Shown here one piece after another: positions 45,941 through 55,267 of a DNA stretch of 64,000 bases. The notes under the pieces are model-generated. The model ran no database searches. It was given only the letters and a program-made list of their open reading frames with translations, and was not told the origin of the DNA. The translations under genes were made by a program, and so were the position numbers. Source of the stretch: Candidatus Tayloriibacteriota bacterium (GTDB taxonomy: Bacteria; Patescibacteriota; Minisyncoccia; Phycocordibacterales; CAIZLB01). How positions within the stretch are numbered: position 1 is the stretch's first letter; each line of letters opens with the position of its first letter. The stretch is taken from positions 12,134 through 76,133 of the forward strand of contig VEQN01000002.1 of the NCBI GenBank assembly GCA_018883165.1, in the 5' to 3' direction.

Positions 45941-48859
45941 ATGAGTGTAGAATCTTCGCATGGATCACCAGTTGAACAAAAAAAGTTTTCTTCAGTAGAA
46001 GAAGAGCTTGATTATCTACGAAAACTTGTTGCAGAAAGAGAGACTCACCTCACTTCACATCCTGAATCACGTGAAAGAGAATATGAAAGACAGGAAATAA
46101 TATCAAGTGAGCTAAAGAGCTACAGTAAAGAGAATGCTGATAGGGTTTTGCATGAACATTACCAGACAAAGCCAGCTGAGCAGTGGGAGATAATTCTGGA
46201 GCTGTCACCTGAATCACATGATAGGAAGATGGAAGAGCTTCTGCAACTCATTCAAGAGAAAGGACTTCTTAATGCCATTCAGATAGCACGTGGGTTTAAT
46301 AATCCACACATCGATAGTGATTTCCACAGATTCTTGGTTGAGTTTTTCAAGAAAGGATATCCAATACAGGGTGCCAAAGAAGATTCTCCAGTCGTAAAAG
46401 CATTGAAGAGGACCTTGTATGAAGTTGCACTCCCTGAGGCTAAAAAAGAAGGAGAGAGAAAAACCCTAAAAGAACTCATATCTTCAATGGAACAGTTCTA
46501 TGCAGGTATGATGTCAGTAAGTGGTATCGCATATGATGAGTCGGGTGCCAATCAACTTTCAATTGAACTTGCAGTTGCAGATGGAAGTGATGAGTTTGTG
46601 TTCTATGTGTCTGTTCCAGATCAAAAGAAGGAACTATTCGAAAAACAATTCCTATCAATCTTTCCGAATGCAAAGCTCGCTGAAAAGAAAGACGATTACA
46701 ACATATTCAATATTGATGGATTTTCTGTGGGTTCAATAGCGACACAGGCACGACGAGAAATATTTCCAATTAAGACGTACGACCAATTTGACTATGATCC
46801 ACTAAACGTCGTCTTGAACGCACTTACAAAGCTTTCAAAGGAAGGGGAGGGTGCAGCTATTCAAATCGTCTTCAATCCAGTCGGTGAGTACTATACCAAA
46901 CTATACAGAGAAGCACTTGGTGAAATACAGAAAGGTGAGTCTGTGGGTAAGGCAACGGATATCAAACATTCACTTTGGGGTAATTTCACAAAATCATTTA
47001 AGGAGGTAGGTAAAGAAGTGTTGAAAGAAATTTCTAAGGGAGACAAAAAGAGTGATGAGAAACCAAAGGTGGTTGATAACATAGCGGTTGAGCAGATTAC
47101 TGCAAAAATTTCTACACCAGTAATTGAGGCAAGTATTCGACTTGTTGCATCGGCAGCTAATCGAACTCGAGCAGAAGAGATACTGGAAAGTATCGAATCT
47201 TCCTTTAATCAATTCGAGAATTCCCTTGGAAACGCACTTACTTTTGAAAGAAAAGATGGTGGTGCTTTGGCTACACTTTTGTATGACTATACATATAGAA
47301 TGTTCAGTAAGGCAGAATCAATGCCGTTATCTTTACGTGAGTTAACAACGGTAATGCATTTCCCAACCGATGCAGTTGTTGGTGCGCATCAACTCAAGCA
47401 ATCTAAAGCTGGAACTGCACCAGCACCTCTCGGGCTTTTGGGTACAGAAAAGAATGGTCTCTACCTTGGTACAAACAAACACAGAAATGCTGAGACAAAA
47501 ATCTATGTAACACCGGAAGATAGGCTCCGACATTTCTATGTTATCGGTCAGACAGGTACTGGTAAGTCTACGATGCTTCGAAATATGATCATACAAGACA
47601 TTCAAAGAGGTGACGGTGTGTGTTTTGTTGATCCGCACGGATCAGATGTTATGGATATTCTTTCACACATCCCTAAAGAGCGATATGAGGATGTTATATA
47701 TTTTGATCCAAGTCACACCGAAAGACCAATGGCGCTTAACATGCTTGAATACAATCGGTCTAACCCAGAACAAAAGACGTTCGTGGTAAATGAACTCTTT
47801 AGTATCTTCCAGAAACTATACGGTGGAGTACCTGAATCTATGGGTCCAATGTTTGAGCAGTATTTTAGAAATGCGACCATGCTTGTTATTGGAGACCCTG
47901 ATAGTGGATGTACGCTTCTCGATGTGTCTCGAGTGATGGCAGTGAAGAGTTTCAGAGACATGAAGATTTCTCGATGTAAAAACCCAATCGTGGTACAGTT
48001 TTGGAAGGATATCGCAGAAAAAGCAGGTGGTGAAGGTTCACTCCAGAACATGGTTCCATATATCACAAGTAAGTTTGATGTGTTCTTGGCAAACGATATC
48101 ATGAGACCAATCATCGCTCAGGAGAAATCAAGCTTTAATTTCAGAGAAATTATGGACACAAAAAAGATTCTCCTTGTGAATCTTGCAAAGGGTAGACTCG
48201 GAGATATCAACTCTCAACTCATTGGATTGATATTGATAGGTAAGATATTGATGGCGGCACTTTCACGAGTAGACTCATTCGGTAAAGATATGCCCCCTTT
48301 CTATCTGTATATTGATGAGTTCCAAAATGTTACAACACCATCGATTGCAACAATCCTCTCTGAGGCAAGAAAATACAAACTTTCACTTACTGTAGCACAC
48401 CAATTTATTGCTCAGCTTGATGACAAGATTAAAGATGCGGTGTTTGGAAACGTGGGCAACATGGCGGTATTTCGAGTGGGAGCAGAAGATGCTGAGTTTT
48501 TGGAGAAACAATTTGAACCAGTGTTCACTGCAAAAGATATTATGAATATCGATAATATGAATTCATATATCAAAATGCTTTCAGGTGGAAAGCCAACACG
48601 ACCATTTAATATCGAATTCACATGGCCACCAAAAGGGAAAGAGAAGGTTGCTGAGAATCTTAAAGAGCTATCATATCTAAAGTATGGGCAGAACAGGGAT
48701 TTGGTTGAGAGTTTGATTATGGAAAAGTACAAGAAAGAACCTGTTCCAACACCTGCACCTGTATCAAGTTTTGCACAAAGTTTTAAGGCAGCGGGTATTA
48801 CTCCAGGTAAGACAATTGGAGGTGGTTACTCAGATCAAACTAAGACCACAACAGGGTAA
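45941..48859 (+). CDS. soluble TraG/TraD/VirD4-family (type IV coupling protein-like) P-loop ATPase with about 480-aa N-terminal coiled-coil domain
   Basis: HFYVIGQTGTGKST Walker A, FVDPHGS, LYIDEFQNV Walker B, ARKYKLSLTVAHQFIAQL C-terminal R..Q..QL motif; no N-terminal TM segments. Confidence 0.6.
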   Translation: MSVESSHGSPVEQKKFSSVEEELDYLRKLVAERETHLTSHPESREREYERQEIISSELKSYSKENADRVLHEHYQTKPAEQWEIILELSPESHDRKMEELLQLIQEKGLLNAIQIARGFNNPHIDSDFHRFLVEFFKKGYPIQGAKEDSPVVKALKRTLYEVALPEAKKEGERKTLKELISSMEQFYAGMMSVSGIAYDESGANQLSIELAVADGSDEFVFYVSVPDQKKELFEKQFLSIFPNAKLAEKKDDYNIFNIDGFSVGSIATQARREIFPIKTYDQFDYDPLNVVLNALTKLSKEGEGAAIQIVFNPVGEYYTKLYREALGEIQKGESVGKATDIKHSLWGNFTKSFKEVGKEVLKEISKGDKKSDEKPKVVDNIAVEQITAKISTPVIEASIRLVASAANRTRAEEILESIESSFNQFENSLGNALTFERKDGGALATLLYDYTYRMFSKAESMPLSLRELTTVMHFPTDAVVGAHQLKQSKAGTAPAPLGLLGTEKNGLYLGTNKHRNAETKIYVTPEDRLRHFYVIGQTGTGKSTMLRNMIIQDIQRGDGVCFVDPHGSDVMDILSHIPKERYEDVIYFDPSHTERPMALNMLEYNRSNPEQKTFVVNELFSIFQKLYGGVPESMGPMFEQYFRNATMLVIGDPDSGCTLLDVSRVMAVKSFRDMKISRCKNPIVVQFWKDIAEKAGGEGSLQNMVPYITSKFDVFLANDIMRPIIAQEKSSFNFREIMDTKKILLVNLAKGRLGDINSQLIGLILIGKILMAALSRVDSFGKDMPPFYLYIDEFQNVTTPSIATILSEARKYKLSLTVAHQFIAQLDDKIKDAVFGNVGNMAVFRVGAEDAEFLEKQFEPVFTAKDIMNIDNMNSYIKMLSGGKPTRPFNIEFTWPPKGKEKVAENLKELSYLKYGQNRDLVESLIMEKYKKEPVPTPAPVSSFAQSFKAAGITPGKTIGGGYSDQTKTTTG

Positions 48860-48888
48860 AGTTGTGTAGAAGGTATATATTCGGTGTG

Positions 48889-48897
48889 TGATATCAT
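48889..48897 (+). promoter_or_regulatory. extended -10 TGaTATCAT 8 nt before ndk ATG
   Basis: tgatatcat acatgcat ATG. Confidence 0.35.
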
Positions 48898-48905
48898 ACA
48901 TGCAT

Positions 48906-49520
48906 ATGACAGAAAAACACCATAAACTTGAACGTACTTTTGTGATTATTAAACCAGATGGTATTCAAAGAAGTTTGATAGGGGAGATTATCGGTAGATA
49001 TGAAAGAATTGGACTAAAGCTGGTTGCTATGAAAATGCTAGTACCCACTGCTGATATGGTGTCAAAACACTACACTCTTGATCCGGGATGGTTTGAAGCC
49101 GTTGGACAAAAGAGTATCAAGGGTTTTTTGGACAAAGGACTTACACCTCCGACTAATGACCCGCAAAAACTAGCAGAAGATATATTGAACAGATTGGTGA
49201 AGTACCTTACAAGTGGCCCTGTTATTGCTATGGTGTGGCAAGGAGCACATGCGGTAAAGATTGTACGAAAAATCACTGGTGGAACTGAACCACTGACATC
49301 AGATGTGGGTACTATTCGAGGAGATTTTGTTCTTGACTCATATCAGATGTCAGAATTCGACAATCGGTCAATTAGAAATCTTGTACACGCGTCCGGATCA
49401 GTAAAAGAAGCGGAAGACGAGATACTTCATTGGTTCACACCCGAAGAGATTGTGGATTACAAGATGATTTCAGAGGAGGTCTTGTACGCGCCTGATATGA
49501 AGGGTATTTTGGGACAGTAA
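48906..49520 (+). CDS. ndk: nucleoside diphosphate kinase (with internal insertion, 204 aa)
   Basis: ERTFVIIKPDGIQRSLIGEII and HASGSVKEAEDEILHWF motifs. Confidence 0.85.
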   Translation: MTEKHHKLERTFVIIKPDGIQRSLIGEIIGRYERIGLKLVAMKMLVPTADMVSKHYTLDPGWFEAVGQKSIKGFLDKGLTPPTNDPQKLAEDILNRLVKYLTSGPVIAMVWQGAHAVKIVRKITGGTEPLTSDVGTIRGDFVLDSYQMSEFDNRSIRNLVHASGSVKEAEDEILHWFTPEEIVDYKMISEEVLYAPDMKGILGQ

Positions 49521-49713
49521 AAAAATTACAGAATGTTTCATTAAAATGTACAGATTCCATTCTCTGAGTAGGGGAATATACTAATTACAGGTGTCGTATT
49601 TATCATCTTAGACACCAATCATCAGGGATCTTGCGTAAGGATTGACCTTGGTCAACTCTTCAGAGAACCCACCTAGTTAATAACTAGGAATGATACTTAC
49701 GATACCTACCAAA

Positions 49714-49746
49714 ATACCGCGCAATGCGCGGTTTTTTGGTGCTTTT
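49714..49746 (+). terminator. rho-independent terminator
   Basis: accgcgcaatgcgcggttttttggtgcttttt. Confidence 0.6.
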
Positions 49747-49792
49747 TACAATACTCCAAATGATTGTCACGTATTCCACAACTTAAGAATCG

Positions 49793-49800
49793 GTTATACT
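49793..49800 (+). promoter_or_regulatory. -10 TATACT 8 nt before ATG (shares the 20-mer tatactatatccatatgtca with the 18327 promoter)
   Basis: gttatact atatccat ATG. Confidence 0.35.
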
Positions 49801-49808
49801 ATATCCAT

Positions 49809-50183
49809 ATGTCACTTCGTTCAAGATTTTACTTTGCCTTAGCCTCGTCAGTTATTGTGATTGGCTTACATATGATTGCGCATACGTTCTATCTGTATTG
49901 GATATACAAGCAGATTGATATTCCGATGCATATGCTTGGGGGGTTAATGTCTGGATTGTATGTGTTGGTTGCTCTTCGGTACTTCAAGCTTCAGGAATCT
50001 GTGAGAAATGTTCTTCTCGGTGTACTCTTTGTGGGTGTAGCGTGGGAAGTTCTTGAAATATGGTACAAGGTCGCTGAGATACATATGGGGTACTGGCTAA
50101 ATACTGGAAAAGATATTGTGAGTGATCTTGTTGGTGGATATCTTTCACTTAAGTTATGGAAGAGACTACCTGAAATGAAATAA
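49809..50183 (+). CDS. hypothetical membrane protein
   Basis: 3-4 TM helices; start set at MSLRSRFYF. Confidence 0.5.
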   Translation: MSLRSRFYFALASSVIVIGLHMIAHTFYLYWIYKQIDIPMHMLGGLMSGLYVLVALRYFKLQESVRNVLLGVLFVGVAWEVLEIWYKVAEIHMGYWLNTGKDIVSDLVGGYLSLKLWKRLPEMK

Positions 50184-50200
50184 ACAGGTACAATATATAT

Positions 50201-51604
50201 ATGCAGAAAAACTCAAAACTCAAACTTACATTTTGTGGTGGCACAGGATCAGTAACCGGTGCTAACTTTTTACTCGAAGGCCCACTCAAAAATATTGAAG
50301 GCGAGTTTAAACTCCTTGTTGATTGCGGTCTCGAACAGGGCACACATCAGGCAGATGAATTTAATCATAAGAAATTTATATACGATCCAAAAAAGATTGA
50401 TGCGCTCTTGGTTACTCATGCGCATATGGATCACATCGGGAGAGTACCCAAACTCATACATGATGGTTTTGAAGGAGTAATATATTCAACACCCGAAACA
50501 AAAGAGCTTGCGAAGTTCATGTTGGATGATGCTCTGAAACTTACAACACAAGACGCAGAGCGGACTGGTCGTGCACCAATGTATACCGCTGAAGATGTGC
50601 ACAAGACATTTACACTTTGGAAAACAATTCCATATCATAAGGTTGAAGAATTGGCGCCTGGATATGAAGTGTATCTTAAAGACTCTGGACACGTACTGGG
50701 ATCAAGTATGTTTGAGGTTACATACACCGCTGAAGGGGATCATGGTAAAAGAAAGATTGTGTTTACGGGAGACCTGGGTAACAGCCCAACACCACTTCTT
50801 CGAGACACGGAAGATATTACCGACGCAGATTATCTCATCATGGAAAGTGTATATGGCGACAAAAATCATGAACATAGAGAAGATAGATTAAACAAGCTTG
50901 AAAGAGTTCTCAAGGATAACCATAAAAAAGGAGGAACCTTACTCATTCCAATCTTCTCTCTAGAAAAGAGTCAGGAGCTTTTGTTTGAAATCCATAAATT
51001 GTATGACGATAGAAAGATTCCAAAAATGGATATGTATCTGGATTCACCTTTGGCAATCAAACTTACATCTGTATACAAAAAGATGACAGCTGACTTTAAT
51101 CAGGATGCACAAAGGGAGGCTCATAGGCACAATATGTTTAGTTTCCCAGGTCTTCATGTTGTTGAAACGTCAGAAGAATCAAAGCTCATATTCCACAAGC
51201 CTGGTCCGAAAGTAATTATGGCAGGATCAGGTATGTCTTCTGGTGGAAGAATTCAGCATCACGAAGCACACTATCTTCCTGATGAAAACTCAACCATTGT
51301 ATTCATTGGATATCAGGCGGTTGGAACTTTGGGTAGGGCCATCGAAGAGGGTGCAAAAGTGGTTAATATCTTTGGTCAGCAAGTAGAGGTTAATGCGCAT
51401 ATTGAAAAAATTGATGGGTACTCATCGCACAAGGATTCTGATCATTTGGTTGAGTTTGTTGAAAAGACTGCAAAGACAGTTCGGAAAGTGTTTGTTGCGA
51501 TGGGAGAAGCAGGTCCATCAATGTTTTTAGCGCAACGACTCCGTGACTATCTCGGGGTAAAGGCCGATCATCCGGAAGAGGGCGACAGCGTCATTCTTGA
51601 GTAG
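50201..51604 (+). CDS. MBL-fold beta-CASP family ribonuclease (RNase J / CPSF-like)
   Basis: LVTHAHMDHIG (HxHxDH) and later beta-CASP region; 467 aa. Confidence 0.75.
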   Translation: MQKNSKLKLTFCGGTGSVTGANFLLEGPLKNIEGEFKLLVDCGLEQGTHQADEFNHKKFIYDPKKIDALLVTHAHMDHIGRVPKLIHDGFEGVIYSTPETKELAKFMLDDALKLTTQDAERTGRAPMYTAEDVHKTFTLWKTIPYHKVEELAPGYEVYLKDSGHVLGSSMFEVTYTAEGDHGKRKIVFTGDLGNSPTPLLRDTEDITDADYLIMESVYGDKNHEHREDRLNKLERVLKDNHKKGGTLLIPIFSLEKSQELLFEIHKLYDDRKIPKMDMYLDSPLAIKLTSVYKKMTADFNQDAQREAHRHNMFSFPGLHVVETSEESKLIFHKPGPKVIMAGSGMSSGGRIQHHEAHYLPDENSTIVFIGYQAVGTLGRAIEEGAKVVNIFGQQVEVNAHIEKIDGYSSHKDSDHLVEFVEKTAKTVRKVFVAMGEAGPSMFLAQRLRDYLGVKADHPEEGDSVILE

Positions 51605-51637
51605 TACCATTAACAGATATCAGCACATACAGTATAT

Positions 51638-52405
51638 ATGGATAATTTAATTTCTAAGTTTAAAGTAAAAGTTAATAGATTGAAAAAGAATCTACATCCT
51701 CTTGAGATTCGAAAAAAGATTACATACATGTCTGCAAGAAATAGTAAACATGTTGTGGTGAACCCTCGGTTGGAGGCATATATGGACAAGCTCATTGCAA
51801 AAGGAGAGAAGGTTGAAGATCTGTATGAAATGAATGAGTTATGGAAGAATGAGCGATCATATCTTCAGGTACCGTTAACAGAAGCAAGGTTTCTGGAAGT
51901 CCTCGTTAAATCAATAGGTGCAAAGAATGTAATTGAGATTGGTACATTCTGTGGATTCAGTACCGCTTTCATCGCTCGAGGGTTAGTTGATGGGGGGATT
52001 GTATTTACATGTGACGAAGACTCAAGGTATGTACAGATCGCAAAGAATTTCTGGGAACACCTAGGTGTGTCTGAGAGGATTCACTTTGAACTTGGAGAAG
52101 CGACTAAAATATTGCATCGAATGGTTGATGATAAGCCGTCACTTGAATTCTTTGATATTGCGTTTGTTGATGCTGATAAAGAAAATTACAGGCAATATGC
52201 AGAATTATGCATGAAGCTTCTTCGAAAAGGAGGGGTCTTACTCATCGATAACACACTATGGAAAGGGTTGGTGCAATATAAGGATCCTAGGGATAACAGC
52301 GCAGTACATATTCAAGCGGTTAATGAATGGGTATTTGAAACTTTTGGTAAAAATGCCTCAATGATACCTGCATGGGATGGACTTTTGATGGTTGTAAAAG
52401 AATAG
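51638..52405 (+). CDS. class I SAM-dependent O-methyltransferase (family 3, caffeoyl-CoA OMT-like)
   Basis: EIGTFCGFSTAF...VDADKENY...GGVLLIDNTLWKG; true start may be the internal Met at 51728. Confidence 0.75.
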   Translation: MDNLISKFKVKVNRLKKNLHPLEIRKKITYMSARNSKHVVVNPRLEAYMDKLIAKGEKVEDLYEMNELWKNERSYLQVPLTEARFLEVLVKSIGAKNVIEIGTFCGFSTAFIARGLVDGGIVFTCDEDSRYVQIAKNFWEHLGVSERIHFELGEATKILHRMVDDKPSLEFFDIAFVDADKENYRQYAELCMKLLRKGGVLLIDNTLWKGLVQYKDPRDNSAVHIQAVNEWVFETFGKNASMIPAWDGLLMVVKE

Positions 52406-52422
52406 GTCTTGTCTGATATACT

Positions 52423-53424
52423 GTGTGTATGACAAAAAGAATATTTGTAACACGAAGAATTCCAGATATCGGTATTTCAATGTTAAAAGCTAAAGGGTAT
52501 GAGATTGTACAAGGTGCGTACAAAGTACCTCCAACCAAAGCTGAACTTATTAAAGTAATTCAGAAAGCAAAGAAACAGGGTAAACCATTCGATGCAATCC
52601 TGACACTTCTTACAGACAAGGTTGACGCTGACTTCATACAAGCAGCTGCACCATCTGTGAAGATAATCTCAAACTATGCTGTGGGATATAACAACATCTC
52701 ACTTCAAGACGCAGATAAGGCAGGAATCACAATAACAAACACACCCGGGGCATTTAGTGATTGTATTGCAGAACATACTGTAGCCCTCATCTTCGCACTT
52801 ACTACACGGCTTGTGGAGGCTGATCAGTATGTTAGAAAAGGTAAGTATAAAGGTTGGGATCCAATGCTTTTTGTTGGGACTGATCTAAGTAAAAGAACAG
52901 TGGGAATTTTGGGTGCAGGACATATCGGTGAGAGGGTAGCAATGCATTTAGGTAAGGGATTTGATATGAAGGTTATGTACTATGATGTAAAACGGAACGA
53001 GACTCTTGAAAAAGAGTATGGTGCAATATTCTGTGCTAATCCTGAAGAAATATACAAAGAAGCGGATGTAATTAGTCTTCATGTACCGCTTCTGCCTTCA
53101 ACAACGCACATGATTAACAAGAAAACTCTTGCCATGATGAAAAAGACTGCCATTGTGGTTAATACTGCAAGAGGTCCGGTGGTTGAAGAGAAAGCGTTAG
53201 TGGAAGCACTTAAGAAGGGTGTAATTGCAGGAGCTGGCTTGGATGTATTTGAATTTGAGCCAAAAATCTCTAAAGAGTTATGTAAAATGAGCAATGTTGT
53301 TCTTACACCCCATATCGCATCAGCTAGAGAAAGTGCAAGAAATGAAATGGCGACACTTGCAGCACAAAACATCATTGATGTTCTTGAGGGAAAGACACCA
53401 GTTGGGCTTGTAAAAGTAAACTAG
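52423..53424 (+). CDS. D-isomer-specific 2-hydroxyacid dehydrogenase (glyoxylate/hydroxypyruvate reductase-like)
   Basis: GILGAGHIGERVA NAD-binding motif, 333 aa. Confidence 0.8.
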   Translation: MCMTKRIFVTRRIPDIGISMLKAKGYEIVQGAYKVPPTKAELIKVIQKAKKQGKPFDAILTLLTDKVDADFIQAAAPSVKIISNYAVGYNNISLQDADKAGITITNTPGAFSDCIAEHTVALIFALTTRLVEADQYVRKGKYKGWDPMLFVGTDLSKRTVGILGAGHIGERVAMHLGKGFDMKVMYYDVKRNETLEKEYGAIFCANPEEIYKEADVISLHVPLLPSTTHMINKKTLAMMKKTAIVVNTARGPVVEEKALVEALKKGVIAGAGLDVFEFEPKISKELCKMSNVVLTPHIASARESARNEMATLAAQNIIDVLEGKTPVGLVKVN

Positions 53425-53457
53425 GTGTGGGTAAAGAAAAGAATTCAAACAAAACTT

Positions 53458-53466
53458 TGATATACT
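53458..53466 (+). promoter_or_regulatory. extended -10 TGaTATACT 8 nt before ATG
   Basis: tgatatact aatcacat ATG. Confidence 0.4.
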
Positions 53467-53474
53467 AATCACAT

Positions 53475-54125
53475 ATGCCTGGAATCTGTATAAACAATAC
53501 AAATAAAAATAATTACCTCATACCAAAGATTGGTGTCTCGGGAGCAGCTGACATGGGATTTCTCAGTCAAGATGCATATGAGATTGCGAAAGAGGTAGGG
53601 AGAGAGATAGCTAGACAAGGTGCAATTATGATGTCTGGAGCAACAACCGGTTTTCCATATTGGGCGGCAATGGGTTGCAAGGAAGAATGTGGAGTTTCAG
53701 TTGGTCTTTCACCAGCTGAGAGTGTTAGAGAACATACGGAGGTGTATCGACTACCTTTAGAGTATATGGATTTCATTACATTTACAGGGTTTGGGTACAG
53801 TGGTAGAGACCTTCTCTTTACGCGTTCATGCGATGCCATAATCATAGGCCCTGGAAGAATCGGAACATTCCATGAGTTTACAATCTCATTCGAGGATCAA
53901 AAACCAATCGGTATTCTTAAAGGTGATGGGGAATGGGCGACAGATGACATCATTAAAATTATGGTTGAGAATAGTCATAGGCCAAATAATAAGATTGTAT
54001 TCGATGATAACCCAAAGAGATTGATCGCTAAGTTGTTAGATCTCATCGCTGAAGATAGAAAACTTCTAAAGGGTTACAAAAACTATGATGGGGTAAGTAG
54101 TGCAAAAGATTCAACTATTCTTTGA
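53475..54125 (+). CDS. LOG-family / TIGR00725-like Rossmann-fold protein
   Basis: IGVSGAA...GG motif pattern, 216 aa. Confidence 0.5.
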   Translation: MPGICINNTNKNNYLIPKIGVSGAADMGFLSQDAYEIAKEVGREIARQGAIMMSGATTGFPYWAAMGCKEECGVSVGLSPAESVREHTEVYRLPLEYMDFITFTGFGYSGRDLLFTRSCDAIIIGPGRIGTFHEFTISFEDQKPIGILKGDGEWATDDIIKIMVENSHRPNNKIVFDDNPKRLIAKLLDLIAEDRKLLKGYKNYDGVSSAKDSTIL

Positions 54126-54131
54126 AGTGTG

Positions 54132-54166
54132 AAAAAAGGCCCACCGAAGTCGGTGGGCCTTTTGGT
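54132..54166. terminator. bidirectional terminator
   Basis: aaaaaaggcccaccgaagtcggtgggccttttgg. Confidence 0.7.
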
Positions 54167-54179
54167 TTCATACTTGTGA

Positions 54180-54773
54180 CTACGTCAACCTGATCTCAGG
54201 CGCAGATGCAATGATTGCCCGAATATTTGCAGATCCATGGAGCAAGACTTGGAACATCTGCGCGTTCCGCTGCATTCTCTGCACCATATCATGGTTCTCT
54301 TTGAAGAACGGCATGTATGTTTTGCGAATCTTGCAGATGTTTTTGCCAGTGAACACTTGGATGTATGTGGCGAAACAGACGCAATGCTCCTTGTTGAGCC
54401 ATCCGTGTCCGGAAATCAGTCTTTCAAACAGGTGAGGCCGACAGGCGACCACTTGCAGTTCGTAGTCTTTGGCCTCATCAGCGGGTATGTTTTCGTATAC
54501 CCATTCGACGAGATTTTCGATGATCTGCACTCGGTGAGCAGGGTCATCAATGAACGATTTGTGGAACACACGTCTGGGATCTGTGACGTCTGTTGCCCAA
54601 ATGTAGGACATTTCTTCGCCTCTGTTGAGTTGGCAGTCGACGAGAATATATAACAATTTCATGAGTGAATAGAGGGTGTGCTGGGTTCTGAGTTGGATAT
54701 TCACCGTGAACATCCAGGGGTATGTATACCTTAAAATGTCACTAAAGTAAAGGCTATATTTGACTACATACAA
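54180..54773 (-). CDS. hypothetical protein (GC about 48%)
   Basis: 197 aa ORF convergent with the LOG gene; a competing plus-strand ORF (54237..54653) exists; strand choice tentative. Confidence 0.35.
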   Translation of the reverse strand: MYVVKYSLYFSDILRYTYPWMFTVNIQLRTQHTLYSLMKLLYILVDCQLNRGEEMSYIWATDVTDPRRVFHKSFIDDPAHRVQIIENLVEWVYENIPADEAKDYELQVVACRPHLFERLISGHGWLNKEHCVCFATYIQVFTGKNICKIRKTYMPFFKENHDMVQRMQRNAQMFQVLLHGSANIRAIIASAPEIRLT

Positions 54774-54844
54774 AATACATTGTATATTTGTGTGCCCCTT
54801 TATTATTTCATTATTCCATTATTCACATTCATTATTCAAAACAA

Positions 54845-55177
54845 ATGACAGAAATTAAATCAAATCATTCAGAAGATAAATCAAACTTCCAGAGCATCAT
54901 CACTGGTATCTGGAAATTTAAACAAGAAATTCCTACAGAAACACTAGAACAGGTGGCAAACGAGTGGAAATCAGATCCGAAGTATATACAAATCTACATT
55001 AGAAAAGTATCAAAAGATCAGTACGGTATTGGGTTCATGTATGACGATAGAGACACAGCAGACAATGAAGCATCATACAATGAGTTCTTTGACCGAATGA
55101 CTGATCAATTAAAAAAGAAATTTGGTAACGGTCTTTGCGGTTGGGATGTATCAAGTAGTACCGTCTTGATCAAGTAG
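54845..55177 (+). CDS. hypothetical protein
   Basis: 111 aa from MTEIK; followed by terminator. Confidence 0.4.
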   Translation: MTEIKSNHSEDKSNFQSIITGIWKFKQEIPTETLEQVANEWKSDPKYIQIYIRKVSKDQYGIGFMYDDRDTADNEASYNEFFDRMTDQLKKKFGNGLCGWDVSSSTVLIK

Positions 55178-55206
55178 CTATATATTTGAATAATAACAGG
55201 GAAAAC

Positions 55207-55250
55207 AATAAATCTGCACTACACGGTGCAGATTTATTGTTTTTATTGTT
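55207..55250 (+). terminator. rho-independent terminator
   Basis: aaatctgcac-tacacg-gtgcagattt then T-run. Confidence 0.6.
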
Positions 55251-55267
55251 GTATAATAATAGGTGTC

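Noticed and set aside
54237-54653. 138-aa plus-strand ORF opposite the 54180..54773 minus-strand gene
   Set aside because: Only one of the two can be real. The minus-strand ORF is longer, ends at the convergent terminator and has the more protein-like translation. Strand choice remains tentative.
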